The notes below the pieces were generated by a model that saw only the letters and a program-made list of their open reading frames with translations, made no database searches and had not been told where the DNA came from. A DNA stretch of 33,933 nt from the NCBI GenBank assembly GCA_964532335.1, contig CAZHHV010000001.1:3327-37259 (forward strand), given 5' to 3'. Numbering within the stretch: the first letter of the stretch is position 1; every line of letters starts with the position of its first letter. The stretch comes from an uncultured Nitrospiraceae bacterium (lineage in GTDB: Bacteria; Nitrospirota; Thermodesulfovibrionia; Thermodesulfovibrionales; UBA1546). Of the stretch, positions 17,741 to 24,497 are shown piece after piece. The position numbers were made by a program, and so were the translations under genes.

Positions 17741-18931
17741 TCACCTATCGCATTCTCCCAAGACTATGTCAATACTCCCTATGTTTGCGATAACGTCTGC
17801 GACAAATCCACCCTCGCATAATTTCGGCAGAATTGATGCATGAACAAAAGAGGGCGCTCTCACTCTCATCCTGTACGGCTTGCCGGTGCCGTCGCTTACA
17901 AAATAAAATCCGAGTTCCCCTTTAGGAACCTCTGTAGCAGAATATATCTCTCCTTCAGGAACAACCGGACCTTTTGTTATCAGGACAAACTGATGTATGA
18001 GATGTTCCATGTCCTTTAAGACCATATCTTTGGGAGGAAGGGTAAACTTGGGGGCATTAGCCATTACAGGGCCTGCAGGCAGTTTTTCTATGCACTGTTT
18101 AATTATCCTGTTTGCCTGCTTCATCTCGCCCATCCTGACAAGATACCTGTCATAGCAATCTCCGTTTTTCCCCAAAGGGACATCAAACTCAACCCTGTCA
18201 TAAGCATCATAAGGGGCATGTTTTCTTACGTCATAGTTCACGCCGGAGCCCCTCAGCATACCGCCTGTAAGCCCCCAGTTGACAGCCTCTTCTGCGGAAA
18301 TAACGCCTATGCCGACTGTCCTCTTCTTCCAAACCCTGTTTTCAGTGACAAGTGTTTCATAGTCATCCATCCTGTCAGGAAACTCAAGAACAAACTCATA
18401 GAGTTCATCAAGAAATTCCTGTGAAATATCATTCCTAACTCCGCCAATCCTCGGATAACTTACCGTGAGCCTTGCCCCGCACAATGTTTCAAAAAGGTCA
18501 AGGATGCGCTCTCTTTCCCTGAATGCATATAAAAATGGAGTTGTTGCGCCGATATCAAGGACATGTGTTCCAAGCCATATAATGTGGCTTGAAATCCTTC
18601 CCATCTCAGCGACCATGGTTCTGATAAACTTTGCCCTTTCAGGCGCTTCAATGCCAAAAAGTTTTTCAACGGCATTTACATAGCCGACATTGTTGTTCAT
18701 GGATGATATGTAATCGAGTCTGTCGGTTAGGGGAAGTGCAGAAAAATACGTCCTGTTTTCTCCGAGTTTCTCTATCCCCCTGTGGAGATAACCAACATGA
18801 GGAGCGCATTTAATAACAGTCTCGCCGTCAAGGGTAAGCACAAGCCTAAGAACCCCATGGGTTGCCGGATGCTGGGGCCCCATGCTGATGGTTAGTTCCC
18901 TTGTCTCAAATGTCTTTTCTATTTGTTCCAT
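17741..18931 (-). CDS. nuoD: NADH-quinone oxidoreductase subunit D
   Basis: It is 396 aa of the 49 kDa / NiFe-large-subunit-like family ([14 protein letters not shown]..., ends ...DIVLGECDR). Confidence 0.95.
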   Translation of the reverse strand: MEQIEKTFETRELTISMGPQHPATHGVLRLVLTLDGETVIKCAPHVGYLHRGIEKLGENRTYFSALPLTDRLDYISSMNNNVGYVNAVEKLFGIEAPERAKFIRTMVAEMGRISSHIIWLGTHVLDIGATTPFLYAFRERERILDLFETLCGARLTVSYPRIGGVRNDISQEFLDELYEFVLEFPDRMDDYETLVTENRVWKKRTVGIGVISAEEAVNWGLTGGMLRGSGVNYDVRKHAPYDAYDRVEFDVPLGKNGDCYDRYLVRMGEMKQANRIIKQCIEKLPAGPVMANAPKFTLPPKDMVLKDMEHLIHQFVLITKGPVVPEGEIYSATEVPKGELGFYFVSDGTGKPYRMRVRAPSFVHASILPKLCEGGFVADVIANIGSIDIVLGECDR

Positions 18932-18938
18932 AGTTTTT

Positions 18939-18990
18939 GGTGTCAGTGTCAGTTGTCAGTAGCTGACACTAATCACTGTCACTATTCACT
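18939..18990. repeat. Two-armed 6-7 nt tandem-repeat hairpin, nuoD-nuoC junction
   Basis: The left arm is tgtcag tgtcag ttgtcag, the loop is tag, and the right arm is ctgacac taatcac tgtcac tattcac. The perfect core palindrome tgtcagTAGctgaca lies at 18954-18968. Confidence 0.75.
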
Positions 18991-18994
18991 TTAG

Positions 18995-19528
18995 TTATTC
19001 CTGCCATTCAAACTCTTTAAATCTCTTTGCCCTGTCAAGAACTGCCTTAAACCCTGACCATTCCTTCTCAGTCCCCTTCAGCGGATAATCCTTTCTCAGT
19101 GGATGGCCCTCCCAGTCCTCAGGCATAAGGACTCTCCTGAGATCCGGATTACCTTTAAAAATAATCCCGAACATGTCATAGCATTCCCTTTCATGCCAGT
19201 TTGCGCCGGCCCATACAGCAGTAACAGAATCAATCTCAAGACTGCTCTCAGGCACCTCTGCCTTTAACCTTATTGCATGACAGCGCTTTATAGAATAAAG
19301 ATGATAGACAACCTCAAACCTCTTTTCATTTCTCCCCTGATAGTCCACACCGCATACATCAACAAGATAGTCAAAACAAAGGTCAGAATCGTCATGGAGA
19401 TACCTGCATATTTCAAGGATTCTGTCTTTCTTTAATGTGACAGCGGCCTGCTCCCTGAATTCCTTTACCTCAAGGACTTCATCCGGAAACTTATCTTTAA
19501 TCTTACTCGCTATCTCTAAAGGTTCCAT
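18995..19528 (-). CDS. nuoC: NADH-quinone oxidoreductase subunit C
   Basis: It belongs to the 30 kDa subunit family (ANWHERECYDMFGIIFKGNPDLRR) and is not fused to nuoD. Confidence 0.93.
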   Translation of the reverse strand: MEPLEIASKIKDKFPDEVLEVKEFREQAAVTLKKDRILEICRYLHDDSDLCFDYLVDVCGVDYQGRNEKRFEVVYHLYSIKRCHAIRLKAEVPESSLEIDSVTAVWAGANWHERECYDMFGIIFKGNPDLRRVLMPEDWEGHPLRKDYPLKGTEKEWSGFKAVLDRAKRFKEFEWQE

Positions 19529-19536
19529 GTTCTTAG

Positions 19537-19602
19537 TGCAGTAGCTCAGCAGCGCAGTAGCGCAGTAGTATCCTTACTGCTGCTCTGTTGCTCTGCTGCT
19601 CT
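19537..19602. repeat. Two-armed octamer tandem-repeat hairpin, nuoC-nuoB junction
   Basis: The left arm is tgcagtag ctcagcag cgcagtag cgcagtag. The loop is tatcct. The right arm is (t)tactgctg ctctgttg ctctgctg ctct, which is partly complementary. Confidence 0.7.
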
Positions 19603-19606
19603 ATTT

Positions 19607-20119
19607 TTACCTCCACCTGCTCCATCTGAAATGCTCGCCTTTTATCTTTTCCTGAAGCTTTATTATCCCTTCAAGCAGAGTCTCAGGCCTTGGAGGACAG
19701 CCCGGTATATAAACATCCACAGGCAGGAAACTGTCGCATCCCTGCACGGTGCTGTATGTATTGAATATGCCTCCTGAACATGCGCAGCTCCCCATTGAAA
19801 TAACATATCTTGGTTCCGGCATTTGGTCATAGACCCTTCTCACAATCTCAGACATCTTCTTCGTTACAGTGCCTGCGACAATCATAAGGTCCGCCTGTCG
19901 TGGAGAGCCTCTGAAGATAACCCCCATCCTGTCCAGGTCATAGTGTGACGATCCCGTCGTCATCATTTCAATGGCGCAGCATGCAAGCCCGAAGGTCACG
20001 GGCCATAAGGACGAGCTTCTTCCCCAGTTGATGAGCTTGTCCATTGAGGTGATAATGATATTGGGCGACAGTATTTTTGTGCCTTTTTCAACCTCAACAA
20101 GATTAACCGCTGTGTCCAT
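19607..20119 (-). CDS. nuoB: NADH-quinone oxidoreductase subunit B (N2 cluster)
   Basis: It belongs to the PSST family ([11 protein letters not shown]...GSCACSGG...CPPRPE). Confidence 0.95.
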   Translation of the reverse strand: MDTAVNLVEVEKGTKILSPNIIITSMDKLINWGRSSSLWPVTFGLACCAIEMMTTGSSHYDLDRMGVIFRGSPRQADLMIVAGTVTKKMSEIVRRVYDQMPEPRYVISMGSCACSGGIFNTYSTVQGCDSFLPVDVYIPGCPPRPETLLEGIIKLQEKIKGEHFRWSRWR

Positions 20120-20142
20120 TAATATATACCTTACCCCTTTTT

Positions 20143-20226
20143 TTGCGTTTATTGCGTTATAGCGTTATTGCGTTCATTGTTTTCATTATTTTACGCTACA
20201 ACGCTATAACGCTTCACGCCATAACG
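20143..20226. repeat. Two-armed octamer tandem-repeat hairpin, nuoB-nuoA junction
   Basis: The left arm carries GCGTT every 8-9 nt (at 20145, 20154, 20162, 20170). The right arm carries ACGC every 8 nt (at 20193, 20201, 20209, 20217). There is a perfect 13 bp pairing of gcgttatagcgtt (20154-20166) with aacgctataacgc (20200-20212). Confidence 0.8.
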
Positions 20227-20231
20227 ATTTT

Positions 20232-20603
20232 TCAGTCCCATTTAAATGCCTCCTTTTTCCATGCATAAACATAGCCGACAAAAAGTATCACTATAAAAAT
20301 AACCATCTCAATAAATGCGTATAGTCCAATCCTGTCAAATACAACAGCCCAGGGATAAAGGAAAACAGCCTCAACGTCAAAGATAACAAAGAGCATGGCG
20401 ATAATATAGAATTTAACAGAAAATCTGTATCGCGGCTCTCCGACAGGCAGGTTGCCTGATTCATAAGGCATAAGTTTTTCAGGGTATGGCCTTTTCAGTC
20501 TGAGGAGTTCACCGATTAATAAGGCGCCCATTCCGAAGGCCGTTGCGACCATCAAAAATATAAGAACAGGCAAATAATCCGAAGGCAAATAAGTTCCGGG
20601 CAT
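20232..20603 (-). CDS. nuoA: NADH-quinone oxidoreductase subunit A
   Basis: It is 123 aa with 3 TM segments of the ND3 family (YESGNLPVGEPRYRFSVKFYIIAMLFVIFDVE) and is the first gene of the operon. Confidence 0.93.
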   Translation of the reverse strand: MPGTYLPSDYLPVLIFLMVATAFGMGALLIGELLRLKRPYPEKLMPYESGNLPVGEPRYRFSVKFYIIAMLFVIFDVEAVFLYPWAVVFDRIGLYAFIEMVIFIVILFVGYVYAWKKEAFKWD

Positions 20604-20752
20604 AGATTTATTTTTAATCTAAAATCTCAATAAGATAATTTAAGTTCTCAATCGTTGTCAAGGGGAAAAGCATTCAGGTTTCATAATCTCGATTTTACCT
20701 GTTATTTTAATTACTTGCATAAATTCTCAGAAATGGTATAAATTTCTTAGGT
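20604..20752. promoter_or_regulatory. Divergent control region between nuoA (minus) and the histidine kinase gene (plus)
   Basis: This is a 149 nt AT-rich spacer. Weak candidates are TTGCAT-16-TATAAA at 20715-20742 on plus, and TTGACA-18-TATCTT on minus (plus coordinates 20661-20632). Neither is strong. Confidence 0.3.
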
Positions 20753-21748
20753 ATGATTGTAAAAAAATCTCTGCATTCATTGACCGGGAAGCTTATCATT
20801 GCCATAGGCACTCTTATGGTAGTAGTGAGCGCTGTCTTCTGGTATTTCCTGATACAACGGCAGGAGAAAGAACTTCTTGGCAATGCTGTAAAGTACGGTT
20901 CATCCTTTCTTAACCATGTAAAAGAGAGCACTCGCCATGATATGCTTGCCTTCCAACCACCTCTGACCCAGCAGACTCTTGAAGTATTAGGCTCTGGAGA
21001 GGGAGTCATCAATGTCAGGATATTAGATGCCAAAGGCAGAATTGCTTATTCATCAATAAAAGAAAAGAAAGGAGTCTTGCTTGATAAAAATGAAATGCCA
21101 TGCATCTCATGCCATTCTAAACCTCTGGAAAGAAGAGAGATGCCATTATGGGCTGTTAACAGAGGAAAAGAAGGCTATAGGATTCTGACTATTGTGCGGC
21201 CGATTCATAATGAACCTGCATGCTATACCTCTTCCTGCCATATTCATCCTAAGGAACAGCAGATTCTTGGGTTTGTGAAGGCAGACCTTTCATTATCTAT
21301 TCTGGATGAAACACTGAAAAAACAGAAGATAGCCATTACAGCCTTTCTCATTGGTTTTATCTGTTTATTGTCAGTAGTCCTCTGTACGATTCTATGGAAG
21401 ATTGTGTCTGTCCCTTTAAGTATGCTTACTCATGGCATGAAACGAGTGGCTGCAGGCGAACTCGATTATGTAGTGGAGATAAAAACAAAGGATGAGATTG
21501 GAGATCTTGCAAGGGCGTTTAATGCGATGACCGCAGATCTTTCAATAGCTAAAAAAGAGCTGATTGAATGGGGTACTACGCTCGAAAAAAAGGTTGAGGA
21601 GAAGACTGAAGACATAAGAAGGGCACAATCACAGCTCATCCATTCAGAAAAACTCGCTTCATTGGGAAGGATGGCAGCAGGCGTTGCCCACGAAATAAAC
21701 AGCCCGCTTACAGGCATAGTCACCTTTAGTCATCTCTTGCTTAAGTGA
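20753..21748 (+). CDS. Sensor histidine kinase, N-terminal part (TM1, periplasmic CXXCH/CX4CH domain, TM2, HAMP, first DHp helix with H-box), ending at an in-frame TGA
   Basis: TM segments lie at about residues 12-34 and 192-216. CISCH is at 21101-21115 and CYTSSCH at 21221-21241. A HAMP-like region ([13 protein letters not shown]) and the H-box [17 protein letters not shown] are present. Confidence 0.8.
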   Translation: MIVKKSLHSLTGKLIIAIGTLMVVVSAVFWYFLIQRQEKELLGNAVKYGSSFLNHVKESTRHDMLAFQPPLTQQTLEVLGSGEGVINVRILDAKGRIAYSSIKEKKGVLLDKNEMPCISCHSKPLERREMPLWAVNRGKEGYRILTIVRPIHNEPACYTSSCHIHPKEQQILGFVKADLSLSILDETLKKQKIAITAFLIGFICLLSVVLCTILWKIVSVPLSMLTHGMKRVAAGELDYVVEIKTKDEIGDLARAFNAMTADLSIAKKELIEWGTTLEKKVEEKTEDIRRAQSQLIHSEKLASLGRMAAGVAHEINSPLTGIVTFSHLLLK

Positions 21749-22333
21749 TTTCCAGAAGGCAGTCAGGAAAAGGAAGACATAAATATAATTATTGAGCAGG
21801 CAAATAGATGCTCTAATATCATAAAGGGGCTTCTTGGATTTGCCAGGGCAACATCAACAGATAAGACCCTTACAAGCATAAATGATGTTGTGCTAAGCGC
21901 TCTAAATATGGTAAGGCATAAGGCAGACTTTTTCAATATAAAGATTGTCTTAAATCTTGATGAGACTCTGCCGCCTGTGATGGCAAATGCATCCCAGCTC
22001 CAACAGGTATTTTTAAATATGATTATAAATGCAGCAGATGTAATGGAAAGCGTAGGGATATTGACCATTGCCACACGAAGGCAGACGAAAGACGGAATGC
22101 CCTTTACAGAGGTAGAATTTAGAGATACAGGACAGGGCATATCTGAGGAGAACATGTCAAAGATATTTGAACCATTCTTTACAACAAAACCAGTCGGGAA
22201 AGGCACAGGTCTTGGTCTTGCTGTAAGCCATGGTATCATTCAGGACCATGGAGGCAAGATACTGGTGAGAAGCAAATTAGGAGAAGGAACAAGTTTCTTT
22301 GTAAGATTTCCAGCATATGAGGGTAAAGTATGA
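21749..22333 (+). CDS. Same histidine kinase, C-terminal part (second DHp helix plus HATPase_c with N, G1, G2 boxes), in the same frame directly after the TGA
   Basis: The frame (mod 3) is the same as that of 20753-21748. The translation continues FPEGSQEKEDINIIIEQANRCSNIIKGLLGFAR..., with N box QVFLNMIINAADV, G1 DTGQGI and G2 GKGTGLGLAVS. There is no credible independent start; the first in-frame start codon is a GTG at 21890. The stop overlaps the next gene (ATGA). Confidence 0.75.
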   Translation, partial: FPEGSQEKEDINIIIEQANRCSNIIKGLLGFARATSTDKTLTSINDVVLSALNMVRHKADFFNIKIVLNLDETLPPVMANASQLQQVFLNMIINAADVMESVGILTIATRRQTKDGMPFTEVEFRDTGQGISEENMSKIFEPFFTTKPVGKGTGLGLAVSHGIIQDHGGKILVRSKLGEGTSFFVRFPAYEGKV

Positions 22334-22707
22334 GCAAAGGAAAGATTCTTGTTATAGATGATGAAGACATAGTTCTTATAAGTTGTAAGAGGGCGCTTGA
22401 GCCTGAAGGTTATGATGTAAAAACAGTCAAAAGCGGAGTGGAAGGCTTGAAGACTGCTGAGAATGAGGATTTCGATATTGTGATGACAGACCTGAAGATG
22501 CCTGACGTGGATGGCATAGAGGTTTTACGGATTATCAAAGAAAGAAAACCTGCCGTTGAAGTTGTTATCATGACAGGCTATCAAACTGTAGAGACAGCTG
22601 TTAAGGCTATAAAGCTCGGCGCATTTGATTATATTGAAAAACCGTTCACCCCTGAACAGATAATCTCTGTGATAAAGAATGCCATTGCTCATGAATCAAA
22701 AATGTAA
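22330..22707 (+). CDS. Single-domain response regulator (CheY-like receiver)
   Basis: It has DD at the N-terminus, the phospho-acceptor motif MTDLKMPDVDG, MTGY and EKPFTPE, and no output domain. It is translationally coupled to the kinase. Confidence 0.9.
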   Translation: MSKGKILVIDDEDIVLISCKRALEPEGYDVKTVKSGVEGLKTAENEDFDIVMTDLKMPDVDGIEVLRIIKERKPAVEVVIMTGYQTVETAVKAIKLGAFDYIEKPFTPEQIISVIKNAIAHESKM

Positions 22708-22719
22708 CCTGAGGTATAG

Positions 22720-22800
22720 ATGAATAGGACTAAAGTCCTCGTGATAGATAATGAAGATATTGTAAGGGCAGGATATTGTGGATTTAGTTCAGAAAGTTAA
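22720..22800 (+). pseudogene. Decayed receiver-domain remnant (26 codons)
   Basis: It translates to MNRTKVLVIDNEDIVRAGYCGFSSES*. The first 15 residues parallel the N-termini of the three intact receivers (KILVIDDEDIV...), after which the frame terminates. Confidence 0.4.
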
Positions 22801-22832
22801 TGTAGTATGTAACGCAGAAAGGAGGCATAATC

Positions 22833-23606
22833 ATGGGGGAAAAAGGGAAAATATTGGTGCTGGATGATGACCCTGTTGTTACTCTGAGCTGTAAAAGGAT
22901 TTTAGGTGCAGAAGGTTACAACATCATAACAGTAGACAGAGGCGAAGACGCAATTAAAAAGGTCTCCAATGAGGAATTTGACCTCCTGATATCTGATATA
23001 AGACTGCCTGATGTTAGCGGAATTACTGTTTTAAAAGAATCAAAGATTATCCAGCCAAAACTTGACGTTGTCATAATTACAGGTTATCCCACATTAGAGG
23101 ATGCCAAGGAGTCTGTGAGGCTCGGCGCGCTCGAGTTTATCGAAAAGCCCTTTACTCCCGAGTTTATGGTAAATGTTGCCAAAAAAGTATTTGACAGCAG
23201 GGGATGGATATTAAGGAAGGCGTTTATAGACGATTTCAGAAATGATATCGTTTCACTGAGGGATACTGAAAACCCGGTGATATTTTATAAGGAAGGAACA
23301 TGGGCAAGACCGCTGAAAAATGAAATATGGGAGATCGGGTGCGATGTAAGATACTGGCTGTTAGCAGGCCAACTCACATATATTGAGCTTTCTGAAAAGA
23401 TTGATATGCTTATAGCAGGGGAGCCGTTTGGCAAAATCTTATCAAGCACAGGACAGACCGAGAACCTTATTTCACCAATAACAGGCAGGGTTAAAGAGAT
23501 CAACATTAATGCTAATACTGCTATGAGCGCACTTATAAGGGATAACCTCAGTGAGGGGTGGTTGCTCTGGCTTGCGAGGATTGAACTGATAACAACATTG
23601 CCTTAA
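22833..23606 (+). CDS. Response-regulator receiver fused to a glycine-cleavage-H-like (lipoyl-fold) domain lacking the lipoyl lysine
   Basis: The REC domain has DDD, ISDIRLPDVSG (D55), ITGY and EKPFTPE. The C-terminal roughly 105 aa, FYKEGTWARP..EIGCDVRYWLLAGQLTYIEL...ISPITGRVKEIN...SEGWLLWLA, align by eye to GcvH (YtkeHeW..vGit..aq..lGdivfveLp...sPvsGevvevN...GWl.ki). The SD is AGGAGG. Confidence 0.8.
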   Translation: MGEKGKILVLDDDPVVTLSCKRILGAEGYNIITVDRGEDAIKKVSNEEFDLLISDIRLPDVSGITVLKESKIIQPKLDVVIITGYPTLEDAKESVRLGALEFIEKPFTPEFMVNVAKKVFDSRGWILRKAFIDDFRNDIVSLRDTENPVIFYKEGTWARPLKNEIWEIGCDVRYWLLAGQLTYIELSEKIDMLIAGEPFGKILSSTGQTENLISPITGRVKEININANTAMSALIRDNLSEGWLLWLARIELITTLP

Positions 23607-23663
23607 CCCTGTTAGAGAACTTCCTCTAACGGGATAAAAATTTGACAAGCGAAGGAGAAACTT

Positions 23664-24497
23664 ATGTTTAAAATCTTAAAAAAGGAAGAGCTATCAGAAA
23701 GCATAACCCTATTTGATATTGATGCGAAAGATATTGCAAAAAAGGCAAAGCCAGGCAATTTTATTGTTCTTAAGATTCATGAGGAGGGAGAGAGGATACC
23801 TTTAACTATTGCTGATTTTGATAGGGAAAAAGGAACCATAACTACTGTATTCCAGAAGGTTGGAAAGTCAACCTATCACCTTGGAGCATTAAATGAAGGT
23901 GATTTTATAACTGATGTTATAGGCCCTCTCGGTATTCCTTCCCATATAGAAAATTTTGGAAAGGTTGTCTGTATAGGTGGTGGAGTTGGAATTGCGCCTA
24001 TTTACCCGATAACAAAGGCATTAAAAGAGGCAGGTAATATAATAATTTCTATCATAGGCGCAAGGACAAAGTCACTCCTTTTCTGGGAAGAAAAAATGCG
24101 CAAGGTATCAGATGAACTAATTATTACGACAGATGATGGCTCTTACGGCAGAAAGGCAGTGGTAACTATTCCATTGGAAGAACTTCTGAAGGAGGGCAAT
24201 ATAAATTTAGTAGTCGCTATCGGCCCTGCTATTATGATGAAATTTGCCTGTAAGACAACAGAAAAATACAATGTAAAAACTATAGTTAGTTTAAATTCAA
24301 TCATGATTGATGCAACAGGGATGTGCGGCGGCTGTAGAGTAGGGGTAGGAGGGGAGACAAAGTTTTGCTGTGTTGACGGCCCTGAATTTGATGGACATAA
24401 GGTTGATTTTGATCTGCTTATGGAAAGACAGAAGATGTATCTTGATGAGGAAAGGTTAGCCATGCAAAGGTATAGAGAAAAAATGGGGGTGAAATGA
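23664..24497 (+). CDS. nfnA: NADH-dependent reduced ferredoxin:NADP+ oxidoreductase subunit A (SudB/PyrK-like FAD/[2Fe-2S] protein)
   Basis: It is near-collinear with the Thermotoga NfnA sequence as I recall it (MFKIL.K.EL...KPGNF..L.IHE.GERIPLT.AD.D.EKGTIT...GMCG.CRV.VGGE.KF.CVDGPEFD.H.VD). The SD is AAGGAG. Confidence 0.85.
   Translation: MFKILKKEELSESITLFDIDAKDIAKKAKPGNFIVLKIHEEGERIPLTIADFDREKGTITTVFQKVGKSTYHLGALNEGDFITDVIGPLGIPSHIENFGKVVCIGGGVGIAPIYPITKALKEAGNIIISIIGARTKSLLFWEEKMRKVSDELIITTDDGSYGRKAVVTIPLEELLKEGNINLVVAIGPAIMMKFACKTTEKYNVKTIVSLNSIMIDATGMCGGCRVGVGGETKFCCVDGPEFDGHKVDFDLLMERQKMYLDEERLAMQRYREKMGVK

Noticed and set aside
21746-21748. The in-frame TGA in the kinase could be selenocysteine or a sign of a reassigned genetic code (code 4/25).
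   Set aside because: I can see no convincing stem-loop immediately 3' of the TGA (tgatttccagaaggcagtcaggaaaag). The position lies in a DHp inter-helix region where a redox-active Cys is not expected. At least six neighbouring genes terminate with TGA at sensible protein ends. I cannot exclude read-through, and that possibility is kept as a finding.
23607-23633. A hairpin after the REC-GcvH-like gene could be an intrinsic terminator (stem gttagag/ctctaac extended by C-G pairs, 6 nt loop).
   Set aside because: It is followed by ATAAAAATTT rather than a U-tract, and the nfnA SD and start follow within 30 nt. At most it is a weak pause or stability element, which is not enough to call a terminator.
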